64,000 nt of DNA from Malacoraja senta (GCA_038087875.1 JAXLNO010000600.1:372001-436000), one strand, 5' to 3'. Numbered from the stretch's first letter, positions 50,132 through 63,725 are shown. Notes: a model not told the origin generated them from the letters alone. Translations and numbers: made by a program.

Positions 50132-51164
50132 TAGCAATGTTACAACATTTTGAGATTTAAAAGATAAAGTCTGTAATTTATCCCATCAGATAAAGCATAA
50201 AAATAAGTTTAATTTGACACCTAATTCACTTTCATATCTTCAGTATTAAAAAAGTTATGGCCATTTTCAAACTCGGAAATTAGCATCTTGCTTTTCCATT
50301 GACTTAACACAAAAGCTGTGATCGAGGACAGTCAAAAGCCCATAACTTTCTTAAAAATTAAGAGAACTGAAAGAAATTTTCAGTTATTATAGATTGAAGC
50401 ATTCTGAAACAAATATGAAACAATCTTTCTTAGATGACATGAAATTAAAGCATATAATTAGTTAGTTACCTAATTGTAGCTAATTACAACATTCAATTAC
50501 TAGATCTAAACATCTATCAATTTCTTAAGAATAGATTAACATTTTTAAATAGCCTAAGTGTCCAAATAACATTCACACAAGAATTCATAATATAACATCA
50601 TTTTTAAATTTAATTGTCATGGATTTACAGGCCAAATGGAAGGAATTTAATGTTTAAAACCTGTAAATTAATGGCCATTTAAATCATCTTGCGAATGGGG
50701 TTTTCTGGAACGCGATCATTTGGAACGTTGATTTGCGGTGAATTTAACCCCGTATCGGCATGAAAAATTCTGCCGTTAGTTCGGGAAAAAGAATCACCGT
50801 TTCGCATTAAAAAATGTGAATTAAAGGCCTCTTAAGAAGCACTTTATACAAAAAAATAAACTGCTTTCATTTACCTGTCCCGTGCGTGAAATCCGTCTCC
50901 ATTGTCGGCGTTGATGGCTTTCGAAGCTGATTTTAAAATAACTCCAGCGCTGACATTGTCGATCGAATAAAAATAAAAAATACACAAAACGCCCGTCGGA
51001 ACGATTTTTCAGCAAACGCTGGCACTCCAACGTAATATAATACAGGACAAGGTAGGAGAAACCCGCGTTTTAACCCCGCACCCCCCCTCAAAGGCGCCAA
51101 AATCGCGCACACGGCCAGTGGCAGAATTGCAGCGCCGCTGAAGGTAAGTATTGTAACATACCTA
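50132..51164. mobile_element. Unclassified non-autonomous DNA transposon (1033 bp) with short imperfect TIRs and an apparent 7-bp TSD
   Basis: CTCCATA|TAGCAATGTTACAA ... TTGTAACATACCTA|CTCTATA, interrupting a Penelope stub. Confidence 0.8.
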
Positions 51165-51264
51165 CTCTATAGATACTGCCTCACCCGCTGAGTTTCTCCA
51201 GCATTTTCCAGCATTTGATTTTTCCAGCATTCGATTTTTCCAGCATTTGCAGTTCTTTCTTAAC

Positions 51265-51650
51265 CATCAAGTCAGATGGTACTTTACATAAGTATGATCA
51301 AGCCAAACTCAAAATACAATAGATAGAGTGAAAAGAAAGATACAGAGTGCTGAATATAGTTCTCAGCACTATAGGGGAACAGTTGCAGAGGCAAAGTCCA
51401 ATGTCCACAATGGGGCAGAGGAGAATTGGACAGTACCCTAGCTAAGGGAAGAACTGTTCAGAGGTCTGACAACAGAGGGGGAAGAAGCTATTCCTGAGTC
51501 TGGTGGTGCACGCTTTCAAGTTGCGATATCTTCTGCCTGATAGGAGTGGGGAGAAGAAGGATTGACCAGGGTCATAAAGGTCTTTGATTAAATTGGCTGT
51601 TTTCCTGAAGCAGTGTGAAGTGTGGATCAAGTCAATTGTTGGGAGTCTAT
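51265..51650 (-). mobile_element. Rex1/Babar-clade 3' fragment
   Basis: SGRRYRNLKACTTRLRNSFFP. Confidence 0.75.
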
Positions 51651-51884
51651 AGTCTGTGGAAACTGCATTGCCCCAGTCTCTAACAGTCTGTTTTGTTGTT
51701 GCTCTCTCTTGTTCCAGTGGAGTGGGGTAATTGGCAGCCGTTTGGCAAAAGTTGAGGGTGGATGATGTTGTGGTGGTCAGTAGCTCCCTTCTCTTCCACC
51801 TATGCAATGTTCTCGACCTTCTGAACTTTAAAATAGTGCAAGGGTTTGTTATTGCGACATGTAACAGTTCTTAGAGGGCTTGAA

Positions 51885-52502
51885 AATAGGAGTTGATTAT
51901 AGGAGCAAAGAGGTCCTTCTGCAGTTGTATAGGGCCCTGGTGAGACCGCACCTGCAGTATTGTGTGCAGTTTTGGTCCCCTAATTTGAGGAAGGACATTC
52001 TTGCTATTGAGGGAGTGCAGCGTAGGTTCACCAGGTTAATTCCCGGGATGGCGGGACTGTCATATGCTGAGAGAATGGAGCGGCTGGGCTTGTATACTCT
52101 GGAGTTTAGAAGGATGAGAGGGAATCTTATTGAAACATATAAGATTATTAAGGGTGTGTACACGCTAGAGGCAGGAAACATGTTCCCGATGTTGGGGGAG
52201 TCCAGATCCAGGGGCCACTGTTTAAGAATAAGGGGTAAGCCATTTAGAACGGAGATGAGGAAACACTTTTTCACACAGAGAGTTGTGAGTCTGTGGAATT
52301 CTCTGCCTCAGAGGGAGATGGAGGCCGGTTCTCTGGATGCTTTCAAGAGAGAGCTAGATGGAGCTCTTAAAGATAGCGGAGTCAGGGGATATGGGGAGAA
52401 GGCAGGAACGGGGTACTGATGGCATGCTCAGCCTTGATCACATTGAATGGCGGTGCTGGCTCGAAGGGCCGAATGGCCTACTCCTGCACCTATTGTCTAT
52501 TG
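51885..52502 (+). mobile_element. CR1 3' fragment
   Basis: ORF 51880..52419 with 3' UTR and tail. Confidence 0.92.
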
Positions 52503-55279
52503 AAAAGCTGGAAGCTCAGAAGACCACACAATTTTTTGCAGTATTTTTGCATTACCTCAGATGCACGACTGCCTTTGCACCATTCTGTTATTTTGCACTC
52601 ATCATATTCATTGTTGCATTTGTCATTGTTATGCATACTCTTTCTGAGCTTCATGTGAATAAGGAATTTCATTAACCCCGCTGTGTATGACAATAAACTA
52701 ATCTGAGATCTGAAAATAACAGTTCAGCCAGTTGTATGAAGAAATTGATGTTCTCACAGGCTTGTGGATATTTAAAACTCTCAACCCTAACGAGCTTTAG
52801 ATGTTCAAGCCTTGGGTTTTTACAGGCCTGTTAAGCTGCAGTGAGTAGAGTTTCATTGCTCTGTTGTCAGTGCACGCAAGAATTAAACTTTTGACTCTTG
52901 ATTGTTGACTTGATTCCTGATTCTCTTGTCTCTAATGTAACCAAGGGATCAGATAGAAAAGACTGGGTTAGAAAATGAGCACGAATGGTGCACGGACTTG
53001 AGAGGATTTTATTGCCTACTTCACCAATATTTCTCACAACCGTTGGTGCAAAATATAATGATGAAGAGCTGGAATGTATTCACTATTTACACAATCCAGC
53101 CGTTGTTCACAATTCACACAATGCTGGAGGGTTGGTCACATGAAGCAGATGTGGACACTTCAAGAAACTGCAAGTGGGAATGAGATTGGATGTTGGAGGC
53201 AGAATTGTGCTGACATTTCCAGGAGTTGGCGACTAAAATAGACGCTTGCATTCCATAGATAGATAGATTCCATGTCACGGTTGATCAGTCTGAAGAAAAG
53301 TTCAGACCCGAAACATCATCTGTCCATTATCTATGTACTTCCCACTCCCCTGACATCAGTCTGAAGAAGTGTTTCGACCCAAAATGTCGCCCATTCCTTC
53401 TCTCCAGAGATGCTGCCTGTCCTGCTGAGTAGGGAGCAGCACTGTTAATAATAAACACCGTTCGTTCACGCAACTTCGTGTCCCATCTGATTCTTGGCTG
53501 GACTCCTGCGAGTCCCTGCTACACTATCAGCAATAGCTTCTTCCCCTCTGTTATCAGGTTTCTGAACAGTCCTTCCAAAACCTAGGATACTGTCTAATTC
53601 ACCACTGCCCCATTGCACGCATTGGACTCTGTCTGAACTGATGCGCTACAATGCTGAGAACTATATTCTACACTTGGTTTCTTCCCCTTTGGTCTATCAA
53701 TTGTACTTGAGTTTGACAGATTGTATCTATGTATGGTTAAGAAGGAACTGCAGATGCTGGAAAATCGAAGGCAGACAAAAATGCTGGAGAAACGCAGCGG
53801 GTGAGGCAGTATCTATGGAGCGAAGGAAATAGTCGACGTTTCGGGTCGAGACCCTTCTTCAGATTTAAGAAAAACCTGTTTCCTTCTGGGTCTCGACCCG
53901 AAACGTCGCCTATTTCCTTCGCTCCATAGATGTTGCTTCACCCGCTGACTTTCTCCAGCACTTTTGTCTACCGTATCTATGTATGGTATATTTTATCTAT
54001 TTGGATAGCCTGCAAAACAAAGCTTTTCACCGTACCTCAATACACATGACAATAATAAATGTAAGGTACAATGACAACATTTAAAAGATATGTTTAATTT
54101 AAAGCTGTTTTTTCAGGGTTGGAGAGTCAACAGCTAGAGGGCACAGGTTTAAAGAGAGAGGATAGATTTAATAGGTACCCGATGGGCAACTTTTTTCACG
54201 CAAAGGGTGATGGGTATATGGATGGAGCTGCCAGAAGAGGCATTCGAGGCAGGTACTATAACAACATTTAGAAGACATTTGGACAGGTACTCGTATAAGA
54301 AAGATTTAAAGGGTTAGGGCACAAATACAGGCAAGTGAGACCAGTTTAGAGGTGATCTTGGTTGGTATGGACAAGGGCATGTTTTCACGCTGTGACTCTG
54401 TGACTCTAAATAGTGCCATGTTTCCTCTTCAGATTGAGATTGGTGCCTTATTACTTGACAGTACTAAAAACACTTCTGCAAACATTAGAGATAATGCATG
54501 GTGGTGGGGGTGGAATTATTCCCCAGCTCTCTGTACAGATGTTTAATTGTTTGCTTATGTTAGGTTGTGTTTCATTAGTGTTTCTGTTTTTTTAATGTAA
54601 AATGTGGGTTTATTTATTGGAAGATGAAAGACCAACAGGAATGTGAGCATTAGTTGGTGCTGTGAAATGCTTTTTTACCCCCTTTTGAAAAGCTTTTCTG
54701 GAGGAAATGTTTACTATCTGGTATCTGTTACTGTAGCTAGGGACTTGAAAGGAGAAACTCACAGACACAAACAATTTTAAATTTCCTAAAGACATTATTG
54801 TTTTGGGTCTGTCTAAGAGCCCTGTTTATGTCTGTCTCAAGCAAAGGCTAGTAAAAGTGATTGCACTAAGTGAACAAATTATTACCATTTACAATCCTGA
54901 GTCTATTCCTTCAATGAAAACAGTTGAACAAGCAATATCCCTTCATCATATTGACTCAATCTGAAGTTTGATGCTGAGACAAATTGCTTGATATAGAGCG
55001 AGGCAAAATATCTTTCCTTGACAGCATATTTCTCCTTTTATAACAAACCAGTGCAAGTCTCAAAGCTCCGTCCTAATGCGTGTCAAACCCCCTGCCTGTT
55101 TTTATCCTTTTCTACCCAGTAGTGTTGACACTGGTGTAGGTAAAAGGGCACAAAGTGCTGGAGTAACTCAGCGGGTCAGGCAGCATCTCTGGGGAACATG
55201 AATAGGTGACGATTCAGGTCGAGACCCTTCTTCAGACTGCTCCACTGGTGTAGATAAGAATGTTTGGGATGAAACTTAA

Positions 55280-55586
55280 AGGGCCTGTCCCACTGTACAA
55301 GGTAATTCAAGAGCTCTCCCGAGTTAAAAAAAAAATCAAACTCGTGGTAAGTACGTAGAATGTACGTAGCGGCTACGTCCTAGCTCGAGGATGTCTCGTA
55401 GCGGCTCGTAATGCTAACAGCAGGTACTCGGGAATCGCGGTAACTCGTGAAGTTTTTTCAGCACTGTGAAAAATGTCCACGAGAGCCCCGAGTACCTACG
55501 AACGGCTATTACCCGTAATTCTCCGAGTTCGAATCGGGGAAACTCGGGAGAACTCTTGAATTACCTCGTACGGAGGGACAGGCCCT
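55280..55586. mobile_element. Harbinger-type MITE
   Basis: TAA|AGGGCCTGTCCCACTGTAC ... GGGACAGGCCCT|TGA. Confidence 0.87.
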
Positions 55587-57464
55587 TGAGGATGGAATAT
55601 GCTGCCAGGGATAGTGGTGGAGGCACATACGATCGTGACGTTAAAGAGGTTTTTAGCAGGGAATGGTGGCATATGGCTCCATTATGTGGAGGCAAAGGAG
55701 ATTAGTTCAACTTGGCATCATGTCTAACATGGACATTGTGGGTCGAAGGGCCTATTCCTGTGCTGTATTCTATGTTCGATGAGTAGCTGCTTAAACGTAT
55801 TGCACGAATATTGAAGACAAAGAATAACGGTAGTTAAGAAGACAGTTTGGTAATACAGAAATGTGGACTAATAGCTATAGATATATGTAGTGATAATAAT
55901 TTGGACTGATAATTTGGTGAATAGATAAGGTGAAGGGTCTCGACCCGAAACGTCGCCTATTTCCTTCGCTCCATAGATGCTGCCTCACCCGCTGAATTTC
56001 TCCAGCAATTTTGTCTACCTTCGATTTTCAAGCATCTGCAGTTCCTTCTTAAACATAATTTGGACTCATCTACTTTTTATTTCCAATTGTATTTTACAAC
56101 TGGAAATAAAAACTGATATCAGTATAATAAGCAAAACTGTCAAACATTCTCAAAATCCTAACTAGTTTGTAGATAACTTTTAATGTTGCAAAAAGATGAG
56201 AGTCTAGAGTCATGTTTAAGAAAGAACTGCAGATGCTGGAAAAATCGAAGGTAGACAAAAATGCTGGAGAAACTCAGCGGGTGATGCAGCATCTATGGAG
56301 CGAAGGAATAGGTGACGTTTCGGGTCGAGACATCACCTATTCCTTCGCTCCATAGATGCTGCCTCACCCGCTGAGTTTCTCCAGCATTTTTGTCTAGAGT
56401 CAAGAGTGTTTAATTGTCATATGTACTGACAACATAAGAATTAGATTAAATGAGAAACTAGAAAAGAAAAAAATACTATGAAAATATACTGTGTGTAATC
56501 AAATGAGTACAATCAAATGCAAAGATGTTTTATTATTAAATCAGCAGCAAGGCGCAGACTAAGAAACAGTATGGGCCGAAATGATAAACTGTACGGAGGT
56601 GGATGGAGAATGTGGGTGAAGTTCTTAACAATTTCTTTGCAAATGGCTTCACAAAATAGGAGATTATTCCCTAGCTGTTAAGTTGCCAGCACTCGAGGGC
56701 CTGAGATGCAGGGAGAGGTTGGGCAGGCTTGGGCTTTGTTCCTTAGAGCGCAGGAGGCTGAGGGGTGAACTCTACCCGCTACGCCACCATGCCACCTGTG
56801 GAGGTGGTGGAGTCACAATCAGTTTTGTTTATTGTCACGTGATCCAAGGTAGAGTGAAAAGCTTTTGTTGCGTGCTAACCAGTCAGCAGAAAGGCATCAC
56901 TACATTTCGGAGACATTCAGACAGGCAGTTAGGTAGGCAAGGCTCGGGAAGCGACGGAATCAGTGCAAGCAAATGGGATTAATGTGGAGAAGCAAAAGGA
57001 CCATCGTGGTTATGATGGGCTGAAGGGCTCGTGTTTGTGCTGTAACAATTTTATGACTTTTAAGATGTTGGTGAGGCCGTATTTAGAGTATTGTGTTCAG
57101 TTCGGGGCACCATGTTATAGGAAAGATGTTGTCAAGCTGGAAAGGTACAGAGAAGATTTACAAGGATGTTGCCAGGACTGGAGGGTGTGAGCTTACAGGG
57201 AGAGGTTGAGTAGGCTGGGACTCTATTCCTTGGAGCGCAGGAGGATGAGGGGTGATCTTATAGAGGTGTACAAAATCATAAGGGGAATAGATAAGGTGAA
57301 TGCACAGAGTCTTTAACTCGGGGTAGAGGAATCAAGAACAGAGGACAAGGTTTAAGGTGTAAGGGGATAGATTTAATAGGAACCTGAAGGACAACCTTTT
57401 CACTCAGAAGGTGGTGGGTATAGTTGTTTATTATACTTCACATTTATTACACTTCACTTTTCAC

Positions 57465-57912
57465 TCAAGTCAAGTCAAGTTTATTTATTCGTGCAGTGTA
57501 ATGAAAAGTGGCAATGCTTGCGGATTGTGCAAAAAAACTACAAAACAGGATGGAACAAAATCACATATTCACATATTACATATTTGTGGCAGGAAAAAAA
57601 AGAAAAAACAGCAATTTTAAAAAGACACCACACAGCAGTAAATTGGTACAGTAAAGTTAGTCCCTGGAGAGATAGGAGTTTACAGTCCTAATGGCCTCCG
57701 GGAAGAAACTCCTTCTCATCCTCTCCGTTCTCACAACACGGCAACGGAGGCGTTTGCCTGACCGTAGCAGCTGGAACAGTCCGTTGCTGGGGTGGAAGGG
57801 GTCTCCCATGATCTTGTTGGCTCTGGATCTGCACCTTCTGATGTATAGTTCCTGCAGGGGGGCGAGTGTAGTTCCCATAGTGCGTTCGGCCGAACGCACT
57901 ACTCTCTGCAGT
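57465..57912 (-). mobile_element. Rex1/Babar-clade 3' fragment inserted in a CR1 remnant (about 57060-58150)
   Basis: LQRVVRSAER..HPSNGLFQLLRSGKRLR..RRSFFPEAIR; (TTGAC)n tail. Confidence 0.82.
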
Positions 57913-59902
57913 ATATTCCTACTACTCATTACTCTTCATTCATTATTCTTCACTCGGAGAATGGTGGTTGTATGGAATGAGCTACCAGAGGAGATATTTC
58001 AAGCAGATACTATTATAGCATTTAAAGGACATTTATACAGTTATTTGGATAGGAAAGGTTGAGACGGATGTGGGCTAAACGTGGACAAATGGGACTAGCT
58101 TCGGTCGGGCGCCTCGATTGGCCTGGACAAGTGGTTTTGAAGGGTCTGCTTCTGGGCTGTGTGGCTCGAAGAGTATCAAATATTGGATGGTATAAAAAGG
58201 GAAGGAAGAAACATCAAGAGATTCAACATCTTTAAAAGAGGATAAATTGCCATGCAGTCAAAATATACCAGGCTTTCTACAGAACCAAGGAGAATCTCTA
58301 ACCTATATTCTTCAGTTCTCCCTCGTTACAGGGGTGAAACTAGAGGAGTTGAGGGCAACTAATTTTATACTGTTTTAAAGTAGAGATTTCATAAACCAAG
58401 TAAATTACAAGCCATGTGTGTAGGAAGGAACTGCAGATGCTGGTTTAAACCGAAGATAGACTAGAGTAACTCAGCGGCTCAGGCAGCATCTCTGGAGAGA
58501 AGGAATAGGTGACGTTTCAGGTCATGACCCTTCTTCAGACTGAAGCCAGTCAACAAGCCAGTTAGTTTAGATAGACAATAGACAATAGGTGCAGGAGTAG
58601 GCCATTTGGCCCTTCGAGCCAGCACCGCCATTCAATGTGATCATGGCTAATCATCCCCAATCAGTACCCTGTTCCTGCCTTCTCCCCATATCCCCTGACT
58701 CCGCTATCTAGCTCTCTCTTGAAAGTATCCAGAGAACCGGCCTCCACTGCCCTCTGAGGCAGAGAATTCCACAGACTCACAACTCTCTGTGTGAATTGTG
58801 AGATTTGTTAATGAAAGTTAACTTGAATAACATTTTTGAGGAGATGCAGTCAGTACGGAGTTTAGTAACGCTTCTGGCCAGCTTTGCACTATAATCTGGT
58901 CAAATATGTGCGAGTACTTTGGATCTAAGGAGTGTGGCAAATTAAATCTGAAGTTGGAGCAGTGGCCTGCAGATGGAAGGCAACAGATTCCTTTCTGTGA
59001 ATGGAAGGCTGTTACCAGCATGGCTCAGTCCCTTGCTCTGTGCCATCTGTATTACTGATGGAGTAGGGGGGAAGAACAGCCCCCCCTCTTCTCCCACTGC
59101 ATCAGTCTGCGGCACCACTTGAATGCCATCCACCCATTCCCCGCACAGATGCTGCCGGACCTGCTGTGTTTCATAAAAGTCCTTTGATTTGATAACAAAG
59201 ATAATATAAAGTTCCGTGATAATGTGCTTGAGTTCTTGATTTAATCTGTAGGAATAAGAAAAGTACATTGGGAACAGCATTGTGCCAGAATAAGATATCA
59301 AACAAGTTTCAGATTCAAACTGTGTACATATTTGTCAAGTGAGTGGATACAGATGGAACAGATTCTGGAATTAAACAATATAATATGTTTAAGAAAAAGG
59401 ACAAGGTGTAGGCCAATCAGTCAGTTCTACCATTGGTTAAGATGACTGAGTATCCAAACCATTTTAGGATGGAGAGCTCCAAAAGAAACAACCCTTCATG
59501 AAGAAGGTGGACAAAAATGCTGGAGAAACTCAGCGAGTGAGGCAGCATCTATGGAGCGAAGGAAGAGGTGACGTTTCGGGAATCAACCCTTTCCTTCGCT
59601 CCATAAATGCTGCCACACCCGCTGAGTTTCTCCAGTATTTTTGTCTACCTTCGATTGTTCCAGCATCTGCAGTTCCTTCTTAACCCTTAATGAAGAAATT
59701 CTTCATCTTCTCCCCTATGACTAACACCACCCACCTCCTCATCATCTCCCCAGCTCAGGGACAAGAACCCATATGTCTGTTCTAGTAAACTACGACTGAT
59801 TGATATTTTAAACATGCATAGAAAGGAGTTTGGAAAGGAAATTCACTGGCTATACAGGAGGTGGAAATGGAATCAAACAGGGCTTCAAAAGGGGATTGAG
59901 TA

Positions 59903-62855
59903 ACCATATAACCATATAACCATTACAGCACGGAAACAGGCCATCTCGGCCCTTCAAGTCCATGCCGAACACTTCCCCCCCCCCCCCCTTCTTCTTACTT
60001 CCCCCTAGTCCCATCTACCTGCACTCAGACCATAACCCTCCATTCCTTTCCCGTCCATATACCCATCCAATCTATTTTTAAAGGATAAAATCGAACCTGC
60101 CTCCACCACTTCCACTGGAAGCTCATTCCACACAGCCACCACTCTCTGAGTAAAGAAGTTCCCCCTAATGTTACCCCTAAACTTCTGTCCCTTAATTCTC
60201 GTCATGTCCCCTTGTTTGATCTTCCCTACTCTCAATGGGAAAAGCTTATCCACGTCAACTCTGTCTAACCCGCTCATCATTTTAAAGACCTCTATCAAGT
60301 CCCCCCTTAACCTTCTGCGCTCCAAAGAATAAAGACCTAACTTGTTCAACCTTTCTCTGTAACTTAGTTGCTGAAACCCAGGCAACATTCTAGTAAATCT
60401 CCTCTGTACTCTCTCTATTTTGTTGACATCCTTCCTATAATTAGGCGACCAAAATTGTACTCCATACTCCAGAATTGGCCTCACCAATGCCTTGTACAAT
60501 TTAACATTACATCCCAACTTCTATATTCAATGCTCTTATTTATAAAGGCCAGCACACCAAAAGCTTTCTTTACCACCCTATCTACATGAGATTCCACCTT
60601 CATGGAACTATGCACAGTTATTCCTAGATCCCTCTGTTCAACTGCATTCTTCAATTCGCTACCATTTACCATGTACGTCCTATTTTGATTTGTCCTGCCG
60701 AGATGTAGCACCTCACATTTATCAACATTAAACTCCATCTGCCATCTTTCAGCCCACTCTTCCAAAAGGCCTAAACCTCTATGTAGACTTTGAAAATCTA
60801 CTTCATTATCCATAACACCACCTATCTTAGTATCATTTGCATACTTACTAATCCAATTTTCCACACCATCATCCAGATCATTGATGTACATGACAAACAA
60901 CAGTGGACCCAACACAGACCCCTGAGGCACCCCACTAGTCACCGCCTTCAACCTGACAAACAGCCATCCACCATTACTCTCTGGCATCTCCCATTCAGCC
61001 ACTGTTTGATTTGATTTTGATTTTGATTCAATTTATTGTCATTGCACTTTTCAGTGCAACGAAATGGTTTAGCCTGCAGTCATAACATAGAATAAATAAC
61101 AAAAACACACACTCAACACAGTTTAACATCCACCACAGTGAGTCCACCAGGCACCTCCTCACTGTGATGGAAGGCAAAAAGTCCCAAAGTCCATGTCTCT
61201 TCCCTCCTTGCTCTCCCTCTGCGCTGAGGCGATCCAGGCCTCCGATGTTGTGACCCCGCCGGGTGATGGTAAGTAAGTCCCGCGGCTGAATCCGAACGGG
61301 CCGGTTCAAACTCCGCGGCCCAGGGCGGTCGAAGCTGCCGAAGCTGCCGCCCTCCAGTCCAGCGGACGCAGCTGTTGTTGCGGGAGCTACGGAAAAACAG
61401 GTCACCAACCTGTGACCTGCGAGCTCCCGACGATGTCGTCCACTGGCCCTCGCCGAGCCTCCGAGTCTCCGAAGTCGGGTCGGAAGTCGGGTCGCAACGC
61501 CACCACAGCCCCGAAGTCGGCCAGCCCCGCGCTGGCAAGTCCCGGCTGGCTCTGCCTCCCGAGCCCCGAGGTCGGTCCCAGTTGGAGGCCGCCAGCTCCG
61601 CGATAGGCGTCAGCACAGACGAAGACGGAGAACGGGGGATACGGCAAGAAAGGTCGCATTCCCCCCCGAAGGAAGAGCCAAAAAACATGCTTCTCCCACC
61701 CCCCCACACATACACAACTAAAATAAACCAAAACAAATCGCAACAACGGGACAAAAGAAAACATTGCTGAATCCATCTTGCAACTCCACCATTAATACCC
61801 AACAATTGAATCTTCTTAACCAACCTTCCATGAGGAACCTTGTCAAAGGCCTTACTGAAGTCCATGTAGACAACATCCACTGCTTTGTTGTGGATGTTGT
61901 CTACATCCACAACAATTTCCCTAGTAACCTCTTCGAAAAATTCAAGAAGATTAGTCAAACATGACCTTCCAGGCACAAATCCATGTTGACTGTTCCTAAT
62001 CAGACCCTGCTTATCCAGATGCTTATATATATTATCTCTAAGTATCCTTTCCATTAATTTGCCCACCACTGACGTCAAACTAACAGGTCTATAATTGCTA
62101 GGTTTACTCTTAGAACCATTTTTAAACAACGGAACAACATGCGCAGTATGCCAATCCTCCGGCACTATTCCCGTTTCTAATGACATTTGAAATATTTCTG
62201 TCATAGCCCCTGCTATTTCTACACTAACTTCCCTCAATGTCCTAGGGAATATCCTGTCAGGACCTGGAGACTTATCTGTTTTCATATTTTTCAAAAGTGT
62301 CCGCACCTCCTCTTCTTTGAATCTCATAGTTTCCATTGCTACTCTGCTTGTTTCCCTTACCTCACATAATTCAATATCCTTCTTCTTGGTGAATACCGAA
62401 GAAAAGAAATTGTTCAATATCTCCCCCATCTCTTTTGGCTCTGCAGATAGCTGTCCACTCTGACTCTCTAATGGACCAATTTTATTTCTTGTTTTCCTTT
62501 TGCTATTAATATAGCTGTAGAAACCCTTTGGATTTACTTTCACCTTACTTGCCAAAGCAACCTCATATCTTCTTTTAGCTCTTCTAATTTCTTTCTTAAT
62601 ATTCTTTTTACATTCTTTATACTCCTCAAGCACCTCATTTACTCCATGCTGCCTATAATTATTGTAGATCTCTCTCTTTTTCCGAACCGTGTCCAATTTC
62701 CCTTGAAAACCATGGCTCTTTCCAATTTTTACTATTTCCTTTCAACCGAACAGGGACATAAAGATTCTGTACTCTTTTTATTTCATAAAGATTCTGTACT
62801 CTTCTGTACATTTTAAATGTCACCTTTAAATGTCCTCCATTTCTCTTCTACATCC
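59903..62855 (-). mobile_element. CR1 ORF2 fragment (same family as 17936-22302), interrupted by an insertion
   Basis: Near-identical RT sequence and the same (TTATATGG)n tail. Confidence 0.94.
61007..61761 (-). mobile_element. GC/CpG-rich non-autonomous retroelement with GACAATAAA plus (AATCAA)n-type tail
   Basis: Interrupts the CR1 at cactgttga; no recognisable coding homology; 3' end resembles the Rex1/L2 ends in this window. Confidence 0.75.
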
Positions 62856-62904
62856 AGTAGGCATCTGAAAGATGATAATTTCCAGAGCTGCTGAGGAAAG
62901 AGTG

Positions 62905-63725
62905 GACAATAGACAATAGGTGCAGGAGTAGGCCATTCGGCCCTTTGAGCCAGCACCGCCATTCAATGTGATCATGGCTGATCATCCCCAATCAGTACCC
63001 CGTTCCTGCCTTCTCCCCATATCCCCTGACTCCGCTATTTTTAAGAGCCCTATCTAACTCTTGAAAGTATCCAGAGAACCTGCCTCTGAGGCAGAGAATT
63101 CCACAGACTCACCAATCTCTGTGTGAAAAAGTGTTTCCTCGTCTACGTTCTAAATGGCTTACTCCGTATTCTTAAACTGTGGCCTCTGGTTCTGGACTCC
63201 CCCAATATCGGGAACATGTTTCCTGCCTCTAGCGTGTCCAAACCCTAAACAATCTTATATGTTTCAATGAGATCCCCTCTCATACTTCTAAACTCCAGAG
63301 TGTACAAGCCCAGCTGCTCCATTCTCTCAGCATATGACAGTCCCGCCATCCCGGGAATTAACCTTGTAAACCTACGCTGCACACCCTCAATAGCAAGAAT
63401 GTCCTTCCTCAAATTAGGAGACCAAAACTGCACACAATACTCCAGGTGTGGTCTCACCTGGGCCCTGTACAACTGCAGAAGGACCTCTTTGCTCCTATAT
63501 TCGATTCCTCTTATTATGTAGGCCAACATACCATTCGCTTTCTTCACTGCCTGCTGTACCTGCATGCTTACTTTCATAGACTGATGAACAAGGACCCCTA
63601 GATCCCGTTGCACTTCCCCTTTTCCCAACTTGACGCCATTTAGATATTAATCTACCTTCCTGTTTTTGCTACCAAAGTGGATAACCTCACATTTACCCGC
63701 ATTAAACTTCATCTGCCATGCATCT
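62905..63725 (-). mobile_element. CR1 3' fragment
   Basis: ORF 63245..63628 with 3' UTR and tail. Confidence 0.9.

Noticed and set aside
54550..55100. AT-rich non-repetitive stretch as a possible conserved element or missing exon
   Set aside because: No ABCB6-like frame seen, and conservation cannot be judged from this sequence alone.
61113..62696. 527-aa ORF that looks like an RT fused to a novel Arg/Gly/Ser-rich C-terminus
   Set aside because: It is read-through from a 5'-truncated CR1 RT into the GC-rich insertion at 61007-61761; the RT is cut before its catalytic motif.
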